Part shown: one piece after another, positions 49,085 through 63,500 of the stretch
Layout: each line of letters begins with the position of its first letter
Position numbering within the stretch: position 1 is the first letter of the stretch
NCBI GenBank assembly: GCA_032718475.1
Contig: JAUCBJ010001762.1
Span: 43,876-107,875, forward strand
DNA: 64,000 nucleotides
DNA from: Nemertoderma westbladi
Lineage: Eukaryota; Animalia; Xenacoelomorpha
Reading direction: 5' to 3'
Program-made: the position numbers and the translations under genes
The notes under the pieces: generated by a model
Told to the model about the DNA's origin: nothing
The model's input: only the letters and a program-made list of their open reading frames with translations
The model's database searches: none

Positions 49085-50699
49085 GTAAATACATAAATTA
49101 CAGTAATACTATATCAGCCGTACCAAAGATACCCAACAAATGATCTGTATTGATCAAATCAGAATCATCAGTACGGACAACAAAACGCCCCTCATCATGT
49201 TTTGCATCTGTAAATGGGCTGAAGTAGTAAATAATATTAACTTCTTTGTTTGCTTCGCATAGTTATTTGAGCTGCAATCTGATGGTTTTTCGACAGCAGC
49301 ATTGTCAAAAACATCAGCTATTCCAACAGCAGGAGCACTGGATAAGAATTTAAATATCAGATCTGTGGGAACATTTTCCAACGTTCTAACAGAGCTACTT
49401 TAAGTTGATCAATTTCTGCCTTGTTTTGCAAAATTATCTTGACATGGAAGAGATTAGTGATGAATGACTCCTTCTTATTAGCTGTTCTCGCTAGTTGATA
49501 TTCATCCAGCCCATCATCGTCGTAATTGTAACAGTACAAATGACAGTCTCTGTCTGTTTAACCCTAAAAGCTTCCCAAGTCCCCCATATGTTTTCCAGCT
49601 TACGAATTCCAGTAACACCAGCCTCATTCACAGTTATATCATTCATCACTAATGTTGATCAACAGGATCTCAAGCACCTGACTAACTTGATGTAAACCAT
49701 AAGACTCTTGTGTTGGGATAGGTAAGGGAGATCCAAAAAACAATCACTATGAATACTAAATATACACGGAAGGACAAATGTATCATACCCATGGAGGCAA
49801 TATTTTTATTTTATAAAATGATAGATATTGATGACAGAAAACCGCTGCTAAATTTTTTTAAAATCTATTCTGTACTGTGTTAGGCTGCACTGTCAGATTT
49901 AGAGGTGTGTGGGGATGTCATGTACAAGTCGGCATTGCTCACATGTTGAGAATAATGTACTCACATACATTTGGTCTGTCTATGTCAAAGGGTACAGAAG
50001 TGATACCATTGTTGCCATCCTCCAACTAAGGCATAATTTATCTGATACCATGTTGAATGAAGGAGTCAAAGCAGACCCTTGCATTTATTCCTACTACGGA
50101 TCGAGGTAAGATAAAGCATAACTTTTATTAAGTCTCGCCAGAACAGTGAGCTACTATGAAAGAATCTGTTTTGCGATATCCTGGATAAATTAGAGTATCC
50201 TGGATTCGTCAATAGAAATACAGGTGCCGGTACCGGTACCCGTATTATCTGCCAGTAGAGAGGTTTATTATTGGTGTTATGGGTGCATGGGGTGGTTTCA
50301 TATAATTATACCAATAATAAATTATAAATATACCGGTCGCATTTCTCTATGGGTGTAACTGCCCTACCTAAATTAAAGGAGCCGTTAAAATTACTAGAAT
50401 CACTATTTCCTGATTGGTTTTAAACTGGGTACCTAACAACGCCATCAGCTGTTTTCAAAATGCCATATTGCTGATATGGCGACAGGAAATAGTGATTCTA
50501 GTAATTTTAATGACTATTTTAAGGGCCTTAAAAATACTAGAGTCACTATTTTGGAAGCCCTTAAAACAACCAGTAACTATCCGGTAACACAGGGCCAGTG
50601 ACAGAAGTGACAAGCAGCCGTTAAATTGATTAACACTGTGGGGCGAGCCACGAAAATTAGCGAGCTTAGAATACGGGTACCATTCTCAACCTAACATCT

Positions 50700-53600
50700 A
50701 CTCCTAGGATCGGCATGCTGCATTGCAGCTGCATTTTTAAGAATGCTGTGCCGGCTTATCGACAAAATTGCACCGCCACAACTCCCTATCTATCACCCAT
50801 GACATTTGCTAGATCATCCGCATCTTCAAGGCCAGTGTCCTTTAAGATGCGTCTCAAGAAAGTCATGGGCTGTCCACCATGCTTATTCACTCCATGAGGC
50901 TGCCAAAGTACAAGATTATGCACTGGCTGGTCTTTACGGCGAAAGCAATGTCCTGCAAAGCGGAAGCGATTTTGTTCTAGTGTCAAGCTTGGGGGAACCA
51001 ATGAGACACCTCCAATGTTATATAGTGTCTGGTTGGAGATGTGTGCATTGTACTTGACACAATGAACCCGGGGTAGCATTCTTGTGAATGTGCCATCCAG
51101 AGATTTGGTGTCCTCAGCAGTTAGAGCCCAGCATGGACTCCCATAGAGGAGTACTGGAACTACTGCTGCTCTAAATAATCGGACCTTAAGTTTCCGATTA
51201 ATTCTCGGTGACTTCCAAATCCTGGAAAGCCTATGCAAGGCTGCCCATGCCTTCCCCTTACGTATTCGAAGGTCCTCACCTGACTTCCGGATCCATGATC
51301 CCAGGTAACAGAAGTCATCCACATGCTCAAGCATACCATCTTTTGAGCTTATGCTCATCCGATCAGAGACTTGCTGAGGACTTTCAAAGTTAACTGTCAA
51401 AAGTTTGGTCTTTCTGGAGTTAATAAAAAGACCAACACTAGAAGCAGCATGTTCTAATGAGCTGAGGAGCCGTTGGGCTCCCTCTAGTGATTCTGAGAGT
51501 ACTCCTAAGTCATCAGCAAAGTCTAGATCAGTTAGGTACTTGGCAGGATTTCCTCGACTTCTGGAGCCAGTAGGTGGAGATATCATCACCCCATCATCAT
51601 TATGATGATCTAAGGACATGCGTAGAACATAGTCAACTACAATTATGAACAAGAATGGTACAAGTGTGTCTCCCTGGAGGATGCCCCATAACACTTCAAA
51701 TGGTTCTGTATCACCGTCAACAGTAGACACAAATGTTGTCGAACCATCGTATACTGATCTGATTGCTGCAATAATTTCATCAGGAATCCCTTATAATGGA
51801 AGTATGCTGAACATACATGAGCGAGAGACTGAATCAAAGGCCTTGAAGAAGTCAACAAAGATAACAGCCAGATGCCTGTCTTTCTTTTTTGATAACTCTT
51901 CAATTATCCTTGTAAGTGCCAAAATGGGCTCCATGGTCCCATGACCTTTACGGAACCCATTCTGATTTCCACGGAGCAGTCTCTCAATGGGATCCCTGAT
52001 GCGATTTAATAGAATTCTATTGTATAGCTTTGCAGCAATCGAGATCAATGAGATTCCCCAAAAAGAACCATAGAGTGTTAGGTTGCCTTTCTTGGGAACT
52101 GGCACCAACTTATTTGTTTTCATTTCTTGTGGGACTCTTGTTGTTCGGTACATGTCTACTATGATGGGATAGATGAGCTTTAAACACTCAGGTATTTTAA
52201 AGACCTCAGGGGGAACACCATCTACTCCACTGGCACGATTGGTCTTAATGCTCTTTGCAGCAGCCTTCACTTCTGCAAAGGAGATATCACCAATGGGAAT
52301 ATCTGGGAGTACAGACTCAGACACTTTTACTTTTACGTTATCAGGCAATACCCTGTCATTATTGAGGAGCTTTTCGAAGTTGGCCTACCAACCATTAAGG
52401 CGATCGGCTGGTGATTCAGCCTTAACCTTGGTGGTTGGTTGGCTTTTTCGACCAGCAAGCAAGTTGATCGATCTCCATGCCTGGGATGATTGCCTGCTGT
52501 CGTCAGCATCATTGATGGCATCAACTTGTTGGTTTATTAGCTCCTGTAAATTAACAGAGTACTGCCTGTTCAGGGACCTAGATGCAGCCTTAACTGCATT
52601 CTTGGCCACTGTAGTCTGTTTGAGTCGGGACCCTTTCTGCGCCTTGTAGAGGTCATTTCGGCACTTCTGAATTTTGTTGTCAGTCCAGGGTGCCCGTTTC
52701 CTGTTTCGAGGGTATACAGGAACTGTTTCTGCAGCTGCTAACTTAATTGCCTCTGTGAAGGCAGTATAGCCCTCACAGTGATCTGCCGCCTCAGAGGCAA
52801 GAACCTCATACCTGTTACTCAGCTGTAGTGTGAAGCTGGATCTCACACTTGGCTGTTGCAACAGAGAGGACCAGTCATGCCGCGGCAAGGCAGATTTCGT
52901 TGTTCTGCTAGCATGCAGACTAAGTCTTACCTTGGCCACAATAAGGCGGTGATCACTGGAGAAGGGTCGTTTTGTAAATGCATTACAGTCTTGTATAGAG
53001 CTCCTCTATTTCCTACGAAACAGGATATGGTCTATCTGGGACTTGTGACCACTGGGTCCACTATGAGTCCATAGCTTTCCAGTTCGCTTCTTGAACTGGG
53101 TTCCAGCCGAAAACAATCCATTTCCAGAGATAAAATCCTGAAGATGGACAGAATTTCGGTTAACACTATTGCTATAGACCCAGGGCGATGTAGGTGATTG
53201 ATGCAGACTTGCATTAAAGTCTCCCAGGAATGTTAAGAATGCATGCTGCTTGTAGATTCTGGTAGAAATTTTCCACCTCCTCTACAGGGGCAACACTAGT
53301 TGGAGAGTAGCACACAATCAGAACCACCTTAGGAAAATTCTTAGCCAGTCTTCCAGAACATGAGAAGTGGCAACGGATGATGCGGTTAGAGATTTGGTCT
53401 ATTTTGTCCAATGCTGCATGTGCAGTTGGATTCATCAATAGACCAATTCCACCATTGCCACTATCATCTGCTGAAGCGAGGGCGAGTCGCCAACCGCCCC
53501 CCCATGTCCTTAATCAGAACCTCATCAGTCTGTCCAGTCTGCATTCGGTGCTCTTGAACAACCACTGCATTAAGAGAAAGCTTATCTGCCAAGGCAGTCA

Positions 53601-54413
53601 GCTCACCTTGTCGCATTGGGGACCCGAGTGTTAGGGTGTTTACTAAGGCTAGTCTAGTGACTTGCCTCAGATTCACCAATGGCTTTGTTGGTCGGGGTGG
53701 GACATGAGAGTAGCCTCCAACTCCAGAATCCCTCTCCCCCTCGCAATCTGGCCTCCCTGGTGACCCAGGGTTTGGGCCAGAAAGGTCATCAGGAAAGGGA
53801 CTCAAATAATTGTTTGCCGCTCTCTCTCCAGTAGGGGGTGAGACAGGCAGCCGGTCAGGAGATAACTGACGCCTGTGAGACCGATTGTGTCCAGTCATTC
53901 CACTGGCCTCTAGTGGCTGGACCTCCGCATTACTAATGTAATCAATAGTGGGGGTTGGGGGGTGCTTTTTTGCCGAGTCAGCTCTCGGGGCAAATACCAC
54001 ACCCTGGTTCCCCACCCCTCAGGGTGGGTGTCGCAGTGGAGTCAGATATGAGGCCCATCACCCATATCTACTCTGGCGCACATGACCCACCATTGGCTGT
54101 TGCAGCTCATCTGCTGGGTCATGCCCTGTACCCCTGCTGCCAGGTGCAGGTCGCAGTGAAGTGCACTCAGAGTGGACATGAGAACACTCTACTCCTGACC
54201 AGCCATTGGTAGATCACCATCTGCCTGGCCAGGCCATATACCCCTGCAGCCAAGTATATGGGTCCTCAATCCAGGACCAAGAGCGTCCTTATCCCAGAAC
54301 GAAGGGGGTCCTAGTTACAGGACCAGATTTGCCCTAGTAAGAGGTTCTATGCAGCTACAGGTGGCACCTCATTTATGCTGCATGGAGGTGGCAAGTTTTC
54401 TTGATCAATGACC
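50700..54413 (-). mobile_element. Near full-length RTE-clade LINE, degraded (APE plus RT)
   Basis: VVVQEHR, LIVCYSPT, GVDGVPPE, NQNGFRKG, ILQGDTL, FADD; 3' part near-identical to 1-1294; multiple stops and frameshifts. Confidence 0.92.
54329..54413 (-). ncRNA. Degenerate HDV-like ribozyme candidate at RTE 5' end
   Basis: TTGCC-ACC-TCCATGC-AGC ... CTAG-GGCAA; three CpG-decay reversions give a GCC-TCCACGC-GGC P3/L3; P1 imperfect. Confidence 0.45.
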
Positions 54414-55139
54414 TAGAATACCTGACCTTAATTAATATGGCCTTGGCATTATGGCTTTAATCTTTCTACTTGTAAAATTTCATAATTCATGCAGTGTGTC
54501 AATTACTGACATGATCTGATATATGAATATATCCGATTCAAGTTATTATAATGAATGCTCGTACCGAGTCTGTCTATGTTGATGCATTCATTAGATGGTG
54601 CATTGAGAAACTAGAAGCCAATGACATATGGAACATTACCACCGCAATGTTTTGATGATTTGATGACTGACAAATGGTTCAATTCTACTGTATTTTTGTG
54701 ATTTGGAAAATCACTTGGACAGGTACAAAATGTTTAGACCTAGTCAGGGACCTTGTATTCTTGTATAGTTTTAAGGTTAAAATTAACATACCAAGGAGAA
54801 CTCGTAGAGCACACCTAAACGGAATTCAGTAAATTGATAATACAAAACAATAAAATAATTTATCAACTGTGCAATTTACTGTGCAATATGGTAAACTAAA
54901 TAGAATGTACATTATTTTGTTAATAGATACAATTTTATTTAATTAAATATAAAAGGCACTAAAGAATTAGAAAATAAATAAATATTCATTCATATGATGT
55001 GAGAGTAAAAAATATGTATTATAATATTAATTATATACTGTAAGATGCACTAAAAATGGTAATGGAATTATAAATATTAATACATATGATTTGAGAGAAA
55101 AAAGTAAAAATAAAAATACGTATTCAAGGTTAGCAATAT

Positions 55140-58100
55140 TCAATTAATTTCATGTTAAATGCGTGATTTAGATTTTATTTATTAAGCCTTGGAATAATGT
55201 CGACGAGGGAGTTAGAATTAAAACATCTTGCGGCCATGTATCCATGGCAACCCGGTTGATCAGGGACATTTATAAGATATTGGTCTAATCTACGTTTAAA
55301 GCTATCTGTGTTGCAACCTGAAGTATCTCGAAGTTCCCGTGGAAGAGTATTATATAATCTCGGTCCCATTACACAGAAGCTGTTGTCGTAAAGAGTTCTA
55401 GAATGACCGGAACTGATGAGGCGCCCTCTGCAGTCACTGAAACTTGGGGTAATCGCAGAATGCGGATTTGTCAAATTGGGAACAATATTTTCTAATATCT
55501 TCCAGACATATATAATGGTAAATGTATATAACGGGTAAATGCTCTTTGTACATCCTCGATTTTTTGTGAGTCTGCAATGTTACGAGGATTCCAGAGTTGG
55601 CAGCAATATTCTAGTTTGGGCCGAACCAAACTATTAAATAAAGTCATCAATAGTCCGCAAAATCCATCCACATATCTGATTTGATGTTTTACAAATATTG
55701 GATATGTGAACTTCGAAAGTGCAAAAGTGCAATTGCTACTTAAAGTTATACCTAGATCTTTAACATGAGTTTCTGTTCTAATAACCTTAGCCTCCTTACT
55801 ATCGGTGTCAATGTATGTATATTTATTCCCCGATAAGTGGTCAGGTTTACTATTGTTGTAGGAAAGAAACACAAACTTATCGCCATGAAGTTTCATGTTG
55901 TTCTCCCTTGCCCACAGATAAATAATATTCAGGTCAGCTTGTAGATTATTGTCGTGATTGCTGTATAAAGGCGCTGTTACTCTTGTGTCATCAGCAAAGG
56001 AACACACTTTATTTGAAACCCCCGTGTCAATGTTAGTAATCATAATAAGAAACAAAAGTGGGCCGAGCACCGACCCTTGAGGGATTCCACTTATAACGGG
56101 ACTTCTCTCTGAACACGATCCATTCACTACGACTTTTTGGAAACGGTTGCTAAGAAAGTCTGCAAGCCAGCAACCTATCTGGCCACCAATACCTAAATCA
56201 CGCAACTTGTGTAGCAATACTCCATGGTCCACCTTATCAAACGCTTTCGCGAAATCTAGATATATAACTTCTGCACCATCCCCATCTGCAAGAAGATTTA
56301 GTATGTGGGTGTAATGATCCAGCAATTGAGATAAGCAGGAACGACCTTTACGAAAACCTTGTTGGCCAGGGTTAAATAGATTATTATATTCAAGATAATA
56401 AACAAGAACATCCCGTTCTATTCGTTCTAGGTGGTGGTCCTACTTGGTGGGGTTATAAACACAAAAGGACGCAATTGGATTCGTGAAGACAGAATTATAT
56501 TGGTTCTGAAGTGCTTCGCAAATACCCTTGCCATCAGAGACGATATTATTGTTAATTAGAAAGGGACCTATTCTGATTCTGTCCTTGCGCTTTTGATTGG
56601 CATAGGAATAGAAGAATTTTGAGTTCGATTTAATCTTCTTAATCGCATTTTTTTCTGCTTTAAGGGATTCCTCACTACGAGATTTATACAAGAGGACATC
56701 GATGTTGCTTAACTCCTTGTTCAAACGTTATATCTTTGTTTGCGATGTTGAATTTATAATTTTATTTATGATGCATTTGCGTTTTTTAAAGAGAATGCGC
56801 CGTTCCTTAAGTATCGTAGATACATTAATTTTACTGGGGGCACATTATTATTGCATAAGGAAGGTCTCTACATGCTTAATAAAAATATCTGTCATTTCGT
56901 CAACGGATTTATTCGAAAATAATAAATCCCACTTTAAATCACTAAGATATAGTTTAATTCACTCCAATTAACAGTGGTAGAATAAAAATTTAATCCATTT
57001 AAGCTAGGTACCTTAGTACAATGTTGATCACCTAGTGGAGTGAAACAGTCTAACAACCGAGTAGTAAAAATCAGATAACAATGACTTAAAAAATCAGATA
57101 ACAATGACTTATATACATTAATTCAATCTATAAAATGTATATCGTTAATAAAAACCAAATCAAGCATGTTATTTAGACGTGTGGGTTGGTCCACTATCTG
57201 GGTTAAAAACCAGTTAGATGAAAATTTAACAAGAAACTGACACTGGTCTTTAACGCTGGCTGCGGTAAATTTACTTATATCTTTAAGATCCCCATCACTA
57301 GTTGGGAAATTAAAGTCACTGGGGAGTATTGTCCGGCTCGAGCTATATTTATCAAGACCTAAAAATTCACCAACATGTGTTAAAACATTTTTAAAGTTAT
57401 CACTTGGACAGTCTTGAGGGCGGTAGATTACGTCCACAAGAGTATCTAGTTCATGCAAATAGACTAATAATGTTTCACAATAGTTATCTGACTTTGAAAT
57501 AAGGACAGTGTGAGGTATATCGTTTCTAATATATATACCTACACCACCCTTCATTCTGACTGACCTGTCTGTTCTCTGAAAAGTGTAACCATCAATAAAA
57601 AGTTCCTCTTTTCTGAAACTGTCAAGTAAATGGGTTTCAGAAAGGGAAATAAATACTGGTAAAGTAGAAGCCAAATCCTGTACATGAGAAGCCTTATTTT
57701 TTTTAGCACCTTTAAAATGTAGGCCTTGCGCGTTATATACTATAAAATGTTCACTGATGTTTTGCAATTTGTTAACATTATTATCAGCATAACATACATT
57801 AGATAAACTATTATTATGATTATTATTATTAACAATGAGGTTAGTTACATTACTGCTTGGTTGTGCACGAGGTGCAGTTGTGGATACTGAGCTAACGTTT
57901 GGTTTGGTTGAGTTGTTGTACAGGCGCAGCCTGCGGAGTGAATTGTTGCAGGTGTTAGTTGCTGCAACTGATGAATCAGTGGGCTTTGCAACCCTTGCAT
58001 GTTTAGTCATGTTTAGTACCATGTTTAGTACCAGAGAGATGATAATCATTGAGTTGTTACACATTTGAGGGTGGAAGTAACTACAGGAGTTTCCTTTAGT

Positions 58101-58820
58101 ACAGCCACCCCTTGTTGACCTTCCTTGGGTGATAAATCTCCTGCAGAGTTTGGGGTGTCGATAAGAACATCCTACTCCATGCCTCCCGTTTTTACAATTA
58201 CCCCACCTGAAATGTTTACATACAGGAGTCTTACTGGGTGTTGTACCGCCAGGACTGGGTTCGTTTGGGGTTCGGCGAGCATTGACTCCTCCTCAAGAGA
58301 CCTCGTTGTTAATTGATTCATCATCGGCCTCTGCATCATCCTCAACAAACCAAACATCTGTTGATAGTGGAGAAAAGCGATTCGAAAGCCGTGATGTAGC
58401 GCTGCCTGCAGCAATGCTGACATCTCCGGCGCCAATGTTGAGAGAAACTTCATCGTCATTGGTGGGAGGAATAACAGCAGTTGGATTTGTTCGTTTGCGG
58501 AAACCAACAGTCGAGTTACCATTTGTGTCACGGATGATGTCTTTACCCGGAGTTGCCCGCAATTGGCAGTAGAGACATAGCCAGACATAGCCCTGGAAGG
58601 AATCCCCAACTACAGTTTCGAGAGAAGTAGGAATACAATTCGAATGGGCCCCACATCGACATATAAAGCACTTAAGCTTTGGATCATCATCGAAACTACA
58701 ACAATAATCGATGACACAACTACCGCACTGTTCCGGTAAAAATAGCTCAATGGCTTTAACAATTGTGTCTATGAGGTTTGGTTTAAGGACCACTGAAGCA
58801 ATGACTGGCACGTTGTCTGG
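55140..58820 (-). mobile_element. CR1/L2-group LINE, degraded: PHD + CCCH ORF1, APE, RT
   Basis: CFICRCGAHSNC..WLCLYC; CKHFRWGNC..CSYRHP; YNAQGL, SETHL, KGGVGIY, SDFNFP; YLDFAKAFDKV, PQGSVLGP, FADD. Confidence 0.88.
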
Positions 58821-59077
58821 TATTAGTTTTTCAATAATCTGTTGCTTTCATGAATTGCTTTCTATATTTTTTGTGTTTATAAATTATGTAGTATCTTTTG
58901 TTATGTCCTTTTTAAGTCCTTCGTTTTCAGTTGGCGTTATATACTTTCTATATATTATTTTATTATTTGTTTCTTTAGATGCACCTATTATTATTAGGTA
59001 TTTTATATTATCACTTTATATAATACCGTACATTTTATTACTTTCGGAAACAGTTTTTGATAAGGGAAATCTTAATA

Positions 59078-59336
59078 GAATAATGAACGATATCGCCAAA
59101 GAAATAATTCTCCACTTAATTTCAAATCAAATTAATATTAAATTAAACAATAACAAATACATAATAACACATACAGACATGAACCAACGTTTCAACTCAA
59201 AATAGAGCCATCTTCAGGGCTGGCCGTTGGTTCATGTCTGTAAGTGTTATTATGTATTTGTTATTGTTTAATTTAATATTAATTTGATTTGAAATGAAGT
59301 GGAGAATTATTTCTTTGGCGATATCGATCATTATTC
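59078..59336. repeat. 112-bp-arm inverted repeat with a hammerhead-like core in the loop (Penelope-like remnant)
   Basis: Arms 59078-59189 and 59225-59336; minus-strand loop CTGAAGA-TGGCTC-TATTTT-GAGTT-GAAAC-GTT. Confidence 0.75.
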
Positions 59337-59676
59337 ATTTTATTACTATCAGGTACAGTATTATCTTACTACAGTATTATGATATTGCTTTATAAGTTAT
59401 ATATTACGATTGCCGTCCAAATATTCCCCACTCCAGAAAATACATCAATTAACATCCCTCACCTTAATGTTGTATTCTCAATTTTGGGAAAGGAGCATTA
59501 TAAGGTGTTCATAATTTATTGCTGGCGTAATTTTTTTGATAAAATATAATTTATTCATAAGTAATATATTTATTCATAAGTAATATATCAATTTCAAACA
59601 AAAATACAATGAGGGTGATATATTATTTAGACCATAACTACTGATTTTTAACTCTCCTATTCCAACATAATTTCAG

Positions 59677-59759
59677 GATATTGCCGAGAACATAATGAAT
59701 ATATGTGCGAAAACTGTGCAGGAAGCTGTGGGAAGTGCATAATGGATACCAAATCATAA
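59677..59759 (+). CDS. Host gene last coding exon: second half of ShKT domain, stop
   Basis: tttcag|GYCREHNEYMCENCAGSCGKCIMDTKS*; completes the ShKT pattern with exon 48923-49084 in matching phase. Confidence 0.85.
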
Positions 59760-60568
59760 ACTGGAAGATGATTATTATTGAAAATGATAAAACACAGATA
59801 AACAGCGATATAAAATGCGATATAATGTAATGTAGTGTAGTGTAATATAAATTTTTCTTTTGTTCATGTACGAAAATAATATGTGTGAGTATTCTTTCTT
59901 ATTATTTCGGATCTTAGTATATTATAAAACCATTAGTATATTATGTTCATGGCTGTTAACAGTTTATTCTGTGTATTATTTGCGATAACGGCCTAGTAGA
60001 AACATAAGAAGAAGATAATAAATTTATTTTTCCATAAACAAAACAAAAAACAAATTGCATAGACAAATAAGACGAAATGTCGTCCTGTTGCTAAACCAAA
60101 AATATGTCTGGGGACCATAACCGCTGCCATAAAATGAACACACCAAGGAATATTAGAACCAGTAAGTAAGTAACTCATAAGCAACTTCGAAAAAAAAATA
60201 TTAAATTAACTTATGGTAATGATGGAAATACAGTATCTTGGCAGATAAAGATTATTTATTATCTTTGTTTAGCATGAAGTAGTTTATGGCAGGAGGACAG
60301 TATAATAGCTTAGCTAGTGGTTTACTGTCCCCCTGTGGGGGGGGGGGGGGGGGGGTGGGTTGCTGCTACGATTAATGTTAAAATATTTAATTGAAAGTAT
60401 AAAATAAATAATATTAATATCATTTAGCTGTCGGTGTCATCAACAATGTATTATTTTTACGGAAGCTGAATTTGTATTGTTACGAACAAATGTTATATAG
60501 ATTAAGATAAAAATATAATACTTATTTCCTTATTATTACTACCTATTTTCCATGTTGTATAAAAAATT

Positions 60569-63500
60569 CTAAAGCTCTGAGTGAAGGTTGAGTAACAAAT
60601 ATTTTATTTTTTTCAAAAAGATAGGTTTACTTGTAATTTTTCTAATAGAGGGGTTTATGTTATTCCAAATCAGTGGACCTTGCAATGCAAGAGACTGATG
60701 GGCTACATTAAAACGCACAAGGGGAAGTATAAATGATCCTGATGCTGATGAACGTGTATTGTACGAATGGGTTGATGAAAATTTCCTAAAAAGATGGGTT
60801 AATGAAGATTTGGCATTATTATGAATATCAAACATCAATTTACAAACCTGGTATTTATATAATTGTTCTAATGGAAGTATACTTAGGCGTTGATATATGG
60901 GTAATGACGAGGCTTGATAATGTCTGAATGTCATAACTCGTATAATTTTATTTATTTTTATCCTAATTGGACTAGTAATAGATGTATATGTACTTCCCCA
61001 AACAATTAGTCCATACTGTATATAGGGATATATTAGAGCAAAGAATAAAGTATGTAAAATGTGCAATGGAAATACATGTCTGAGTCTATAAAAAATTCCT
61101 CCAGACTTAGATATTTTATTATATATATATTGTACATGGGATCGAAAGTTTAATTGCCTATCAATAAGTATACCTAGATATTTTGTCCTATCTACTCTAT
61201 TAATTACTTGATCATTAATTATAATACTAGGGAACGACGGGGCATTTTGTTTGTTAGTGTAAAGTGTGTATTCGGTCTTTTGTATATTGAGAGACAATTT
61301 ATTGTCAATCAGCCAATTTGAAATGTGAACAAGATTTGAATTGGTTCTATTAGAAAGCTGTAATAAATCCTTATCGTGTAACATTAGCGAAGTGTCATCT
61401 GCAAATAAATTGGTAACGAAATCACTACAATTTGGTAAATCATTGATATATAACAAAAAAAGTATGGGGCCCAGAATCGAGCCTTGAGGAATACCACATA
61501 AAATAGATTTATAAGTTGAATAAGAGCCGCCTAATGAAACACGCTGCAAACGATTGGAAAGGTAACTAGAAAAGAGTGAATGAGGGATACCCCTTATGCC
61601 GTATGAATCTAATTTTTTTAATAAAATTGAGTGATCTAGCGTATCAAACGCCTTTTTAAGGTCGATATATACGACACAAGCAGAATCCCTGTCATCCAAG
61701 ATAGACCTCAATTTTTCAACAATTTGTAAAATTGCCTCCGATGTTGTATGTTTTTTCCTAAAACCGTGTTGGTTGCGTGTTAAAATTAAGTTTTTGTCCA
61801 GATATAAAATTAACTGAGAATAAATAATAGTCTCAAATATTTTACTAAATACCAGAAGCAGTGATATTGGACGATAATTAGAAGTGTCACAAGGATCATC
61901 ACCTTTATAAGCTGGAATTACCTTAGCTTTCTTTAAACTGTCTGGAAATAAACCTGATTTAATACTAGAATTAATTAAATTAGCTAGATGTATGCTTATT
62001 ATACTGGCAGCCAATTTTACCAGTTTCACCGGAAATGCATCATTAGTGGATGAATTTTCATTTAAATTTAACAAGTGATAGTGAACTTCAACAGCAGACG
62101 TTTCTATGAGACTAAAGGAATTGTATTTTTTATGACTAATATATCTTGTGGGTGAGCGTGGTGAGTGGGCAATATTAGCAGCTAATTTTGGACCTACAGT
62201 AGTGAAGAAAATGTTAAATACTTCAGCCATTTCCGAGGTTTTGGTGATTGAAATATTGCTATTCTGAGCATCTTTGATATTTAGAGCCCTAGGTATGGAA
62301 TTTGTGGAGGATTTATTTAGAGCTGTGTTAATAACCTTCCATGTTTTTTTAATATTGGATTTATTTTTTTCAAATTGGTCAGTGTAGTATTTTTTTTCTG
62401 ATTGGCGTAAAAGTGAGGTAAGGTTATTACGATATTGTTTATATGTCTTATGGTTTTGGTCAGTAGGCTTTGAGATATAATGTGCGTAAAGTTTGTTTTT
62501 TATGTGGATAGACTTAATTAATGATTGGGTTAACCATGGTTTACGAGGAATATTTTTCTTGGAAATTGTTTTTAGTGGTAATTGTTCTTTGCAAATATCC
62601 TCAAAGTTTTTGTAAAATAAATCAAATTTTTGTTGTTCTGGTAGGGGGCTACATTTATATGTCCATAAATTTTCTTTTCGCAGTTCTTTTAAAAAGCAAT
62701 CTGGATTAAATTTAGAATAATCGTATGATATCTGTGATTCAGCTGGTTTAAAGTAAGATGTATAATTGCTTAAAACTAAGAATGTTGGTAAGTGGTCAGT
62801 CGTTCCTATCTCTGTAAGTAGAACACCGCTGTTACATGTAGAAGAAGTAATATTGGTACATATATGGTCAATAAGAGTTTCTGAGTATTTCGTAATTCGC
62901 GTAGGTTTTTTAATGGTTTGGGTAAATCCGTTAGACTGAAGCACATTTAAATAGCTGTCAGATTGTGTATTTTTCTTTAGAGTATTAATATTGAAATCAC
63001 CTGTTAGCACTACATCATAATTACATTCAGCTAAAGTCAGTAATCTAGTATCTAAGTCAGCGATAAAAACTTCTTTAGATATTTTTTCAGAACGGTATAT
63101 GCAGCCTACTATTAGTGGTTTGAGTGGTTTAGGACGAGTAATTTCAATCCATGTATTTTCTGTTCCTTTTATTTTTAGGTCATCACGCACTTTCCTGTCC
63201 AGTTCATCTCTCACATAAACAGCAGTACCACCCCTCGAACGTTTTCCACTTTTACGAAAGTCACAAATTGGTTTTTGATAACCATTAATATTCATCTTGT
63301 CGAGAGGGTGGTCCTTCGTTAAAAAAGTTTCTGATATACATAAGACGTCAATTTTACATTCAAGTGCATTTAGATAGTCAGTTAAAGATGAAAAATTCGA
63401 AATTAAACTCCGAGTATTTAAATGAAAAATTGAGATAGAATCTTTATTACCTTTCAAGAATTCCGCATCGAAACTTTCTTCATTATAGTAACCCTTCGAA

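Noticed and set aside
49150-50110. Short coding-like ORFs in the intron
   Set aside because: Fragmented and no motif recognised; probably a decayed TE but I cannot support a call
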